Positions 33,101-41,105 of a stretch of 64,000 bases of DNA are shown in pieces. The DNA comes from Pirellulaceae bacterium (lineage in GTDB: Bacteria; Planctomycetota; Planctomycetia; Pirellulales; Pirellulaceae), in assembly GCA_041739975.1 (NCBI GenBank), contig JBGSMY010000155.1, positions 533 to 64,532 on the forward strand, written 5' to 3'. Within the stretch, counting starts at the first letter, position 1; each line of letters begins with the position of its first letter. Made by a program: the position numbers and the translations under genes. The notes under the pieces are model-generated. The model had not been told where the DNA came from, made no database searches, and was given only the letters and a program-made list of their open reading frames with translations.

Positions 33101-34702
33101 ACTGCGGTCGGCGACGTCCATGTGGAAACCGACATTGGCAATATTGATATTCGCGAGGACATTATCGTATTGGATACGAACAGCAATATTACAATTGCTG
33201 CTGCGGCCAATGTCAATTTGCTCAATGGTGCTAGTCTGCGACGTTTTGATGGCGCTTTATTACAAGCGGTCGTTAACACCACAGCACCATTTTTGCAACT
33301 GACCAATCCTCGTTCATTCTTAGACGTTGCCTTTGCCGCATTTGGTGACAGCAAAGCCCAAGTTAATCCATTTATTGGCATCCAGGACTTCCAATTTGAT
33401 TTTGGCTCATTGGGCGAACAGTCATTCAATGTAATCGTGGGGTGGTTTGTCGATGTTGTTGTATTTGACGGTGTTAACGCCGCCGAACTGGCACAATTGA
33501 CTGACATCTTTCAATTATTAAATGCTAATAATTTCTTACATATTAATAATGGGCGAGATGCTGACGGGTTCGCCTTGGGAGTTGCTGGAACCGCCTCGCT
33601 CGAGAATCTAGAGCCGTTTGAATTTAGTGTCTTGGTCGATAACTCACGACTATTAAGCCAGTTTTTCTTGACGAACGATTCGCAGATCAATCTGTTCGCC
33701 AACGCGCAAAATGCGGCGACCATTCAAGATCTCAACTTCACGTTGGAATTATTGCCGACACAAGCGGGTGAGCCGTTTGCACCCGAGCCCAATGTGGAGC
33801 GACCGCAATTTTCGATTCCAGATGTCCCGGTTTCCGTTCCCACGCCGTTGTCGCCATTTACTTCGCCTTTGTTAACACCGGAAGAAGCCCCCATTGCGCT
33901 GGGCCGACAGCCCGAATCATACTATTTGATTCGTTACAGCGAAGATGACGACGGAGTTTACGAACATGAGTTCCGGTGGACTGGTGAGGAGAATCCCGAG
34001 TCCATACGGTCATTGTTGGAAGGTGCGGCACTGAGTGACGACCAACAAGACTGGGATGAAAACTCAAAGGATACGACAAACAAGATTAAGTTGGGACGAT
34101 TGCGACCCGGTATTTATTACATTTTTGAAGTGCTTGAAGGTCAAGAACTTCAACAAGCGGTCGATGAACCTATCAACCGTACTGATATCGAGAACGCCCG
34201 GCCAGCGCGTGATGCCAACAATACGGATGGCAGCAATCCTGCGAACGATAAACAAAACGTACCACCGCCATCAAACGACGGCAAATCGGGCGGCCAACCA
34301 GAATCATCCGTGACACCTCCGGTAAAAGATGGAGCCGTCGAGCCCGATAAATCCTCGGATTCACAACAAACGGCTCCAGTCGTCCTTCGATTTTCTGACC
34401 GTCAGTCAGTAACAATCGGAACGATCGATCCGTCGACGGCCATGCCATTAGTGTTGGAGCAAACGACTGTTGGCGAGACCGCCTCGCCAAGTCAATTGGA
34501 ACCAGCAGCGCGTGGTCGTTGGCTGCAAACCGCAGCCGGATCGGCCTTGGTTAGCGGACTGATGGCCGTTCAACTGGCACAACGGAACGTAGCACAAAAC
34601 TCAGAGGCCAGTGGTGCCAAATTGGCGAGTTCTGAAACCGAAAACAAAACAAATTTATTTTCTCGCGCCAGTCGCTGGTGGCGAAGAAACAAATCGGCCT
34701 AA
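27164..34702 (+). CDS. Giant (2512 aa) extracellular repeat protein, adhesin or beta-helix-like
   Basis: The GTG start lies 9 nt after GAGGA, followed by an uninterrupted 7.5-kb ORF. Internal tandem modules of 183-191 aa each carry conserved Cys (SxCGT, VCLxG), NDNDFVGAV, DD(I/V)FLRSGD, QxLLQSDSGVTQ and TNQLxLGS. Near the C-terminus there is a hydrophobic segment and a basic tail (RWWRRNK). Confidence 0.85.
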   Translation: MIKKLWNRLVRPTTAQAAALGTDVIVTSKLATSQSLPAPLLKYLKLEQRRVLNADFTLTGTNLDLFNFSEAIAGNQALAISDAGLTIDFTLNDGTWNGVDADGLNIILSAGDTVLSVTKDFLTSLGVVNISIDGFDLAAMNVSVTNNTDLTALTGLLDIESGGNITQTGSLAVGQSELTGASIQLDNAANDFDNVAIVTTGALTPTDAHLVDVDDLTVDSAEAVTKLRFEADGIALNGPISATTVFLGSTNGVTQALAGTITADELILQGSGAFNLNNSGNDVNLLAADVANNLTYVDQDDVTIARLTCDLDTIVGVDVGGNFVLNTSAGNGNILQNNDAAIIVAGTTDLVAGNGQVCLLGADNDGDTINDNDFVGSVDASGSVVELVDRNDLTTGIITAVDDIYLRAGDGATGALIINDDLTTTALGGQILLQADSGATQSAASIITTNQLLLGSATLADARQGDFILNRNNLVAQVAAQLDNNFRLHSVQSLDIADLSYNSACGTTADICGIDIGETAILQVTGDLTQTAAAIVNGATTLTVTGLVCLTGGDCTGDGLNDNDFVGAVSASGTTIEIVDSNALTIASAVATDDVFLRSGDNGVGALLLTGAVNTSSPTGQVLLQSDSGVTQGVASVISTNQLILGSETVADARQGNFILNRANQIDQVAAQLDNNLTLVNARSIEIADLDYSSACGTNASVTGVDVDGNLASNITGDITQSASIQIAGTAGLTASGLVCLTGADDNGDTLNDNDFVGAVNSSGTTIEIVDRNALTVTTISATDDIFLRSGDGAAGALTLNGNLTTTALTGQILLQSDTGVLQNAGSVITTNQLLLGSATVADARGGNFVLNQANQVDQLAARLNNDLTFTNGRDLEIASLNYTSACGTTAAIAGVNIGGNLATNITGNLTQSAAVTVTGTSNLVASGFVCLVGPGNDFTGAVSANATTVEIVDINALTVATITAVDDIFLRSGAGAAGAMTLTGNLTTTDLAGQILLQSDSGVSQNAGSVITTNQLVLGSATEADARGGNFVLNQTNQVDRIAAQLNAALTFVNGRSLLVDSLTYSSICGTSAAVAGVDIGTNLILNVTGNITQVAAVVVDGTSNLTATGFICLLGPNNDFVGAVTASGTTVEIVDLNALIIATITATDDVFLRSGDGGTGGLSINGNITTTAIAGQVLLQSDSGVTQAGGSVITTNQLILGSATDADARGGNFILTAANQVDQIAARIDGNLSFTNGRSLDVADLAYSSICGTTADVCGLEITGNLTLNITGDVTQSAAVIVGGTSSLTATGFICFTGGDCSGDGLNDNDFTGAVSASGTTVEIVDRNALVVATITATNNIFLRSGDNGSGTLTLNGNLTTTAAAGRILLQSDSGVTQAGVSVITTNGLLLGSSSTSDARTGDFTLNGANVVNQLAAQLDDALSFRNTLALTVDNVALLYASVCGTNESLTGITAPDKIRLQANGITINSPLVSQTVYLISTNGVTQAAGGTITTTNLMLEGSGLFNLDNPLNDTDFLAADVINGLRYFDRDDVTIAVLTCDADTIQGVTVGGNFVLDTSAGGGNVTQLADAPIVVTLQSTINAGTGVICLLGGDADGDTLNDNDFVQQVSAFGQTVELVDRNDLIVGVVTATDDILLRAGSSVAGQLTLNGAITTTAPAGQVLLQARNGVVQNAAGIITTNDLILGSDSDATARGGNFSLDQANVVNRIAGHVDGTLTFTNTQNLQISSLQYQSICGTTELLAGIDVINLDLVVQGNITDAAVALATVTTRVQSIAQLTAETAAGLRDRDIILGESANEALFFTDHSHATLVANVASPEFLEVQARNATLFVDSTVILSDSTLNGTLFVNATGHILQTPSLISAPNAAFVAGQSIQFSNTEFTNVAAESGASAALIRSIRDAVTTIIIAGNVVALNPNIGNTFTGHLDNYFDPNDFSPDNHDFVNENAVGVLLFDQTAITVTNVFDPATFASVNGITAVGDVHVETDIGNIDIREDIIVLDTNSNITIAAAANVNLLNGASLRRFDGALLQAVVNTTAPFLQLTNPRSFLDVAFAAFGDSKAQVNPFIGIQDFQFDFGSLGEQSFNVIVGWFVDVVVFDGVNAAELAQLTDIFQLLNANNFLHINNGRDADGFALGVAGTASLENLEPFEFSVLVDNSRLLSQFFLTNDSQINLFANAQNAATIQDLNFTLELLPTQAGEPFAPEPNVERPQFSIPDVPVSVPTPLSPFTSPLLTPEEAPIALGRQPESYYLIRYSEDDDGVYEHEFRWTGEENPESIRSLLEGAALSDDQQDWDENSKDTTNKIKLGRLRPGIYYIFEVLEGQELQQAVDEPINRTDIENARPARDANNTDGSNPANDKQNVPPPSNDGKSGGQPESSVTPPVKDGAVEPDKSSDSQQTAPVVLRFSDRQSVTIGTIDPSTAMPLVLEQTTVGETASPSQLEPAARGRWLQTAAGSALVSGLMAVQLAQRNVAQNSEASGAKLASSETENKTNLFSRASRWWRRNKSA
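28508..31324 (+). repeat. Five in-frame tandem repeat units (573, 573, 549, 549 and 573 nt) inside the giant ORF, bracketed by two 615-nt homologous modules (27893-28507 and 31595-32209)
   Basis: Unit boundaries are set by the recurring TNQLxLGS codons at 28508, 29081, 29654, 30203, 30752 and 31325, with another at 32210. By eye the units are conserved at protein level and clearly diverged at DNA level. Confidence 0.85.
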
Positions 34703-34823
34703 CGATTTTTCGATATTGCTGGGGTGGCCTTTCAGGGCGCTCGCAGCTCGTCGGAAAGCGGCCAAAAAACGAATACGATAAACACCAGAAATTAATCCGG
34801 TGGATTCCACAAGGAGTTGGACA

Positions 34824-37800
34824 GTGAATAAGTGCCCAAAATGCGGATTCAAGCTGAACGGCAAACACCGAGGCGTTAGCCAATGCCCTAAATGTCACGC
34901 CTCTCTGGCGGAAACGGAAGGAACGTTGGAAATTGGCCGAGAGCCGTTAATGTCCAGCGAAATCGAAGCGCGGGCGCTACAAGCCAGTGGCGCGGGCGCA
35001 GCAAAAGGAGAGTTTGCCGGAGGTGCTCAAAACGAACCGACCATTTTACCGGACTCCCTGTTGATTGAGGGTGGTGAATCGACCAAATCGGTGGTTGCAT
35101 TCGATCCCTCGCAAATGAAGCCGTTTGATATCGGTACGCCGGAGCTTAACGACGAGCCAACGCAGCTTCTAGAACTCGACGAACGCTCGGACGATTTTAA
35201 TCCGACCCTCGTATCATTCGAGCAAGGAGGCCAAGGACTCGTTGGTCTTGACATTCCTAACCGCGAAATCGGCGGTTTGGTGGCCAATGGCCAAGGCGTG
35301 GAGGAGTTTGACTACGAACTCGTCCGCGAGGTCGGGCGAGGAGCGACAGGTGTTGTTTATCGCGCTCGTCAAGCGTCGCTCAACCGCGACGTGGCTTTGA
35401 AAATGCTGGCCAAACAAAAAGAGGTCAAGAAGGAACAGCGAAAGACGGCGCTCAAAGAGGATGACGTCAAAAAGTTTTTGTATGAATCGCAAATTACTGC
35501 TCGCCTCGATCACCCGAATATTATCATCGTTCACGATCTGGGAAAAACCAGCAGTGACACTATTTTTTACTCGATGAAATTGCTGGAGGGGCAAGCCTGG
35601 AATCACACACTAGCCAAAAATAGCTTGCGAGAAAATCTGGAAATTTTTGATCGTGTTTGCGATGCCATGCGGTTCGCTCACCGCGAGCAAATCATCCATC
35701 GCGACTTGAAACCTGAGAATGTGCTCGTCGGTCAATTCGGCGAGGTGCAAGTTACCGACTGGGGTTTGGCGCTCGATCTTAAGAAACTAGATGGCACACT
35801 TTTTAACGCCGGCGGTACGCCATGTTACATGGCGCCGGAAATGGCGCAGCATTATCTATTGCAGACAAAACGTCGATGGCTGGCACACAAACAAGGATTG
35901 TTGGCGGAACAAGGTGTCAAACAATCCGTCGCCGAACGCCGCGCCGCGGAAGAAGAAATCAACCGCTTGGAAGCGCAAGAACGCGATTGGCAAGATGAAA
36001 TTGGGACAGCGAGTGACGTCTATGTCCTGGGAACGATTTTGTTCCACGTCGCTCAAGGCTATCCGCCTCATTTATGCTATTTATCGGAACCCATGAAATC
36101 GCGGCTGGGACCGCAGGCCAGCGAGTTCAAGAAGCAAAAAGAACTCGAAATGTCTGCTGCCCGCGAAATTGCCAATTATAAGATGCCACCGAAGGATGAC
36201 CAAATTGCCCGCGATGCGTTGCGAGAAATCGCACTCAAAGCCATGGAGCTCAAGGTCGAAGACCGTTACTCCGGCGTAGCGGCATTCCAAAAAGCAGTTC
36301 AGAATTTCCGCAACTTGATGCAGAGTATCGACTTGACCGAGCGTGGTCAAAACGAATTACGCAACGCTGCGGCCGAACCGGACTCTTACCAAAATTTTGC
36401 CAATGCCCGTTATGCTTTTGATGAAGCGATTCAATTGTGGGATGCCAATGAAAATGCCAAACTTGGTTCCGCACAAGCAACGATCGAATATGCACGGCGT
36501 GCCCGCGACAAAAGTGACTATGAACTGGGCCTTTCGTTACTAACGGAACAAGCGATAACGGCACAACCCAATCCGCAGGCCGCAGTGCAATTGCGCGACG
36601 AGATCAAATCGCTCAAACGTCGACGCGATACTCGGCAGCGAGTGTTTTGGATTGGTACATTGATGGCAGCCACGGTGATCATTGCCGCTATCCCGATTCT
36701 GGCCTGGACGACTCGATCGGTTGCTGTTGCGCAAACCGCTAAAGAAGCCGCCGAAACTGCAAAGGAAGAAGCTGAAACTAACATGGTGGCGGCCCAAAGC
36801 GCTGCAGCAAACGCGACTCAGCAGTTAAAGGATGTCGAGCCAAAATTGCAAGCTGCGGCGAAAGAACTTGATGATGCATTGGCAGCCAAGTCAGAAGCCG
36901 AAACGTTGAAGGTAAATGCCGAATTGGCCAAACAAGAAGCAGATCTGGAAGCACAGAACGCCAAGCGTGAAGCTTTGGAAGCGACACAGGCCGCGACATT
37001 GGCCCAATCCGAAGCTCAACAAGCATCGAAGAATGCCGAAGTCGCAATCGACTTGGCCAAAGACGCTGAAAAGCGCAAAGTGGAACTTGAACTGGAAAAT
37101 CGCTTGGCAGCTTGGCGCATTCAACAACAAAGTGAGGCGGCCCAATTGGGTACTTATTTGGCCAATGCTACTGGTATTGCCGGAGCATTGGAAAATCTCG
37201 ACGTCCGCGTCGCCAATCGAAATATCGAACAAGTTTTCAGCTCTGAAAACATCGCAAACACGCTGAAAAATTCCTGGGAAATGCACCGCTATTATCAGCG
37301 CAGCAATCCGGCTGGCCGCGCCGTGGCCATTCCCGACGCTTCTTTCGTGATGCTGCAGACCTCACGCGATGGTGGCACCACGGTGGGGGTGACGACCGAT
37401 GGCCGGATTGGAAAATTGATCTGGGACGGGGCTGATGCAAATCTATTTCAAGAAATCCCTGACTTGCAACTGCCCTCCATTCGCGGTGTCGATTTGTCTG
37501 CTGACGGACGGTACCTCGCGATCATTCAAGATGTGGCCGAGCAAGCTAACTTGGCAGAGTCAGATCGATTGCCAATCGTCGTTGATTTAACTAACAATCA
37601 AACCTTCCGAGCCAGTCCAGAGCTGTACCAAGAGTTTCAGTTTACCTCGAAATCGATCGGCCCCAACGGAAAAGAAGTCGTTGAACGGGAACGATTTTAT
37701 TTTGGTGGTCAGTACGTGCAGATTCTCAATGCCGTTGATGGCAAGATGGAACTACTGACGGTTGATCGCCGCGTTGAAAATGGGTTGAACCTGTTCCGCT

Positions 37801-40800
37801 GTAGCATTGTACCGCTGCAGTTGTCGGATAATCGATTGATTAAAGACGAATCAAAAAATACGCGAATTGCCAAAGTACCGGGTCGCAGTTTGTCCAATCC
37901 GGCAATTCTGTCCGGGGCCGAATGTTTGGTTAGCGCCTATCAATCAATCAGCGGCAATGATTCAGAAGTCACGGTAGCGATTGCCGTTGGATACCCAACG
38001 GTGGGAGTCGAGTATGGCGTTTGTGTATTTGACGTCGGCGCCGACAATCCCGCCGATGATGAGACATTTGCCCTGCAATTGAGGAATCGTATCGCCCGCT
38101 TGGAATTGCCTCCGACACGATTGTTGCTGACAAGTGCCAAAACGAATCGAACCAATGTGAATGACGATACGTTGGCTCTGTATGTTGGTACAAGCTTGGG
38201 CAAGATCGCGCGATTTGATTGCCAACAGACGGATGGTCAACCCGGGCGAAATCTATTGATCAGCTATTATTTGCTGGGGCACCGTGATGCCGTGCGAAAC
38301 ATCTTGGTCGATGAACAAAACGAGCGATTGTACACAGCAAGCCCGCGCGAAATTGTTGTCTGGAATGCACAGTCCGGTAATAGTCTGAAACAACTCTACG
38401 GGCACGCTGATGGAATTGTCGATTTGGCACTTGCCCGACAAGGCAAATCGGTATCGCTGGTTACGGTCGCCAATGATACCGCCGACGCAGCAACCAATAG
38501 TGAAATGCGAGTCTGGGAACCGGCCGGCGCCGTTCACGATGCCGAACTCAAGATTGCTCGACCGACATTTGCGTCCAGTACTGAGCCAGATGACTTGATG
38601 ATTGCCAATGCGATGGATTTGCAACCTGGTTCCAAAGCTGTCATTGCCGCTTTGAAAAATGGCGATTGGGCCTATACGTCAGACCCCGCTAGTCAGCCAC
38701 TAAACGTCATTCCCAATCCGGCGGCCGGATTGGATATGCAAAGCAACGACTTGCGGCAAGCCCGCATGGGGTTATACGACGAGCGTTATCTTGTTCTGAT
38801 GCATGACTATAAACTTCAAGTTTGGGACTTACTCAATCGTCAACAAACCCGGGCTGAAGAATTTGAATTTACGTCCGATATCAGTGTCGAAAACACTGAT
38901 ATTGTTTACAGCGATGACCGTCAGGGAAACTTAATCGTTTCGAGTCACCCAACCAAGAAAAACTATTTATTGCAATGGCGTCGCGAGGCCGGTTCCGGTG
39001 GATACATTGCGACCGAAGTCGGACCATTTTCAAATACGAGTATCGTCGGTTTACGTCCGATCGTTTCTCCGGATGGCCAGTTTGTGGCTGTCGTCTCCAA
39101 TCGACGGATTACGTATTCGATTGATATTTTTACGAGTGAAAACTTAGCGAAGGGCGAAATTTCACAGCCGATGGCTAGTTTGTCAGGTGATAATTACTCG
39201 CAATTGCGATTTGCCAAATTTTCAAATGGCAGTAACCGGTTTGTTTTGGGCCAAGAACGGGCCATTCGCAATTTGACGCGACAAGTTTCTGCCGGATCAG
39301 AGGACGAAGTCAATCTGGCTGAGCGCACGTTGGACTTGTCCGAATTGCGATTGCAAAGCAATCAATGGGAGCAAAGATCGATTCCAGTTCCCGCCGGTTT
39401 GTTGACCAATGCTCAGGTATTGATCACCGACTGGATGGAACGAGACGGCCAGGATTGGTTTTTAGGTTTGTCGCGTTCCGCCGTCGAAAGCAACAACGAA
39501 ACGGGTACGAGCCAACTCGTAATTTGGAACGATTTGACAACAGCGGCTTCGTTGCCGGTTCCTTTTAGTCGACGACTTAATCCTCAATTCTCTTCCGACG
39601 GTACGTTGGTTCAATTCTTGAGCCAAGGACTTTTCAATCGATGGACTTGGCAATCTGATCGGGAGGGGGATGTCGAATCCATTGCCTTGACCTCTTCGAC
39701 AGTCGCCGCGACGGCACAGTTTTGGCAAGTTCTGGCAAGCGACCACATCGCCTATTTTGGTCGTGACTGGCTGGCCTGCGCGTTGCCAGTGGCTGATGGC
39801 AATATTCTCGAGAACGTTTTGGAAGTTTCACGACCCAATGACACGCGAAAGATTTGGCTATATGGTCGCCACATTGCGGCATTGCACTTAGATGGCTCGG
39901 TGACATTGGCTCAATTGGACGAACAAGGTCAATTGGCAAAACATCGACAATTGAATGGCCGTCAAAGTCAAGTTGTGGTTTCACCCGATGGGCAACAAGT
40001 GGCGGTCGTTTCAGCAGACAAACAACGAGTTTCCACGTATCGTTGGGATGATGTCTTGGCGGATCGGTTAGAACCGGTTCACAGTTGGGATCAACCGGCC
40101 GATTTGGTGACTTGGGTTCCCCAGAGCTGGACCGCTGGTGGCGCAGACGTCGCGGGACATACCCTGGCGACTATCGTTCGCAAGGATCAAACTGTGGAAC
40201 TCGCCGTCCTCGATGGGAATTTAAACCAGTGGAGTCAACCATCGACGTTAACGCTACCGCAACGTAACGACTGGAGTACTCTGCGTGATGTGATCTGTGC
40301 CGCTCAAACCGGTCAATATTTTGCTGTGATTGACGATCGCAACCACCTTAGTTTGTGGCGCCGATTTGTGACCCCGCAACAAGCGGTTACTTGGGTTCCA
40401 ATCGACACCACGGCGGCGATTGGCGAAAACGGCGAAGTAGTGGGGCTGGCCATTAGCGAAGTCTTGGATGATGCGGCTGCAAAGCCAACAGAAGTAGCAA
40501 CACGATTTGCCATCGCAACGCGCAACGGCAACGAAATTCGCACCGATTTGTACCTGTTTCAATACAGCAATCAAGAATTGATTGCCAACGATTCACAACG
40601 GCAATTCGAGTTGACTCGCGTCTTGACTCTGGATGCTTATCAACAAAAGGATCGCGATATCGCAATGCCACCGCAGTTTTCTGGCGATGGAAAGACTTTG
40701 CAAACGGCGAATCAAGATGAGTTAACGCAATGGCTGACCAAAGGTTGGGAAATTGAAAAACGGCAAGTTGGTGAAGCCGACCGAGTATTTTTCTCAGCCG

Positions 40801-40868
40801 AAGAATTGCAAGAAATGCTCAATCGAAAATTGCTAAATAGTTCCGAAGTTGAGCAATTGCAAAAATAA
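34824..40868 (+). CDS. Giant Ser/Thr protein kinase: N-terminal zinc ribbon, Hanks-type kinase, TM helix, coiled coil, WD40/beta-propeller region
   Basis: The GTG at 34824 lies 7 nt after AAGGAG (the ORF opens at 34800). Recognised elements in order: CPKCG...CPKCH; kinase motifs GRGATGVVY, VALKML, HRDLKPENVLV, DWGLA and GTPCYMAPE; TM helix VFWIGTLMAATVIIAAIPILAW; Ala/Glu/Lys/Gln-rich coiled coil; WD40-like GHRDAV...VWNA and GHADGI...VWEP. Confidence 0.9.
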   Translation: MNKCPKCGFKLNGKHRGVSQCPKCHASLAETEGTLEIGREPLMSSEIEARALQASGAGAAKGEFAGGAQNEPTILPDSLLIEGGESTKSVVAFDPSQMKPFDIGTPELNDEPTQLLELDERSDDFNPTLVSFEQGGQGLVGLDIPNREIGGLVANGQGVEEFDYELVREVGRGATGVVYRARQASLNRDVALKMLAKQKEVKKEQRKTALKEDDVKKFLYESQITARLDHPNIIIVHDLGKTSSDTIFYSMKLLEGQAWNHTLAKNSLRENLEIFDRVCDAMRFAHREQIIHRDLKPENVLVGQFGEVQVTDWGLALDLKKLDGTLFNAGGTPCYMAPEMAQHYLLQTKRRWLAHKQGLLAEQGVKQSVAERRAAEEEINRLEAQERDWQDEIGTASDVYVLGTILFHVAQGYPPHLCYLSEPMKSRLGPQASEFKKQKELEMSAAREIANYKMPPKDDQIARDALREIALKAMELKVEDRYSGVAAFQKAVQNFRNLMQSIDLTERGQNELRNAAAEPDSYQNFANARYAFDEAIQLWDANENAKLGSAQATIEYARRARDKSDYELGLSLLTEQAITAQPNPQAAVQLRDEIKSLKRRRDTRQRVFWIGTLMAATVIIAAIPILAWTTRSVAVAQTAKEAAETAKEEAETNMVAAQSAAANATQQLKDVEPKLQAAAKELDDALAAKSEAETLKVNAELAKQEADLEAQNAKREALEATQAATLAQSEAQQASKNAEVAIDLAKDAEKRKVELELENRLAAWRIQQQSEAAQLGTYLANATGIAGALENLDVRVANRNIEQVFSSENIANTLKNSWEMHRYYQRSNPAGRAVAIPDASFVMLQTSRDGGTTVGVTTDGRIGKLIWDGADANLFQEIPDLQLPSIRGVDLSADGRYLAIIQDVAEQANLAESDRLPIVVDLTNNQTFRASPELYQEFQFTSKSIGPNGKEVVERERFYFGGQYVQILNAVDGKMELLTVDRRVENGLNLFRCSIVPLQLSDNRLIKDESKNTRIAKVPGRSLSNPAILSGAECLVSAYQSISGNDSEVTVAIAVGYPTVGVEYGVCVFDVGADNPADDETFALQLRNRIARLELPPTRLLLTSAKTNRTNVNDDTLALYVGTSLGKIARFDCQQTDGQPGRNLLISYYLLGHRDAVRNILVDEQNERLYTASPREIVVWNAQSGNSLKQLYGHADGIVDLALARQGKSVSLVTVANDTADAATNSEMRVWEPAGAVHDAELKIARPTFASSTEPDDLMIANAMDLQPGSKAVIAALKNGDWAYTSDPASQPLNVIPNPAAGLDMQSNDLRQARMGLYDERYLVLMHDYKLQVWDLLNRQQTRAEEFEFTSDISVENTDIVYSDDRQGNLIVSSHPTKKNYLLQWRREAGSGGYIATEVGPFSNTSIVGLRPIVSPDGQFVAVVSNRRITYSIDIFTSENLAKGEISQPMASLSGDNYSQLRFAKFSNGSNRFVLGQERAIRNLTRQVSAGSEDEVNLAERTLDLSELRLQSNQWEQRSIPVPAGLLTNAQVLITDWMERDGQDWFLGLSRSAVESNNETGTSQLVIWNDLTTAASLPVPFSRRLNPQFSSDGTLVQFLSQGLFNRWTWQSDREGDVESIALTSSTVAATAQFWQVLASDHIAYFGRDWLACALPVADGNILENVLEVSRPNDTRKIWLYGRHIAALHLDGSVTLAQLDEQGQLAKHRQLNGRQSQVVVSPDGQQVAVVSADKQRVSTYRWDDVLADRLEPVHSWDQPADLVTWVPQSWTAGGADVAGHTLATIVRKDQTVELAVLDGNLNQWSQPSTLTLPQRNDWSTLRDVICAAQTGQYFAVIDDRNHLSLWRRFVTPQQAVTWVPIDTTAAIGENGEVVGLAISEVLDDAAAKPTEVATRFAIATRNGNEIRTDLYLFQYSNQELIANDSQRQFELTRVLTLDAYQQKDRDIAMPPQFSGDGKTLQTANQDELTQWLTKGWEIEKRQVGEADRVFFSAEELQEMLNRKLLNSSEVEQLQK

Positions 40869-40878
40869 CTTGTGACCC

Positions 40879-40906
40879 ACGGATTCATGGCAACGGATTC
40901 AGGGCA
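40879..40906. repeat. 14-nt tandem repeat x2 (ACGGATTCATGGCA / ACGGATTCAGGGCA) in the kinase-vWA intergenic region
   Basis: Read directly from the sequence; 13 of 14 positions are identical. Confidence 0.7.
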
Positions 40907-40922
40907 ACACACTGCAGGATCG

Positions 40923-40975
40923 TGTCTGGCATTGTCTGACATGTCTGGCATTGCCTGAGAGGGCTTGGCATTGCC
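40923..40975. repeat. Three spaced copies of a TGGCATTG(C/T)C core (TGTCTGGCATTG x2, CTTGGCATTGCC) at a period of about 19-20 nt
   Basis: Read directly from the sequence. The copies lie 130-180 nt upstream of the vWA gene start. Confidence 0.65.
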
Positions 40976-41105
40976 AATGTGTCCTAGGTCGGTCGCTGAC
41001 TAAATTACAAACGCGAAATATTTGCGGCATTTGGTTTTGAATCAAACTGCACCGCCGACCGGCGCAGACCTAACCTTTGATGGCGTTTGAACTTATAATA
41101 ATGCC

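Noticed and set aside
27388-34490. Numerous 60-170-aa antisense and alternate-frame ORFs inside the giant gene (for example 28663-29007, 29236-29619, 30907-31407)
   Set aside because: They recur once per repeat unit with similar low-complexity Pro/Val/Ser/Thr translations. They are shadows of the repetitive sense frame and none has a start context.
40923-40975. Sigma-54 promoter suggested by the repeated TGGCA motifs
   Set aside because: The GG-N10-GC spacing test fails for all three copies. The dinucleotides 10 nt after GG are CA, GA and GT rather than GC, and no TTGC -12 element is in register.
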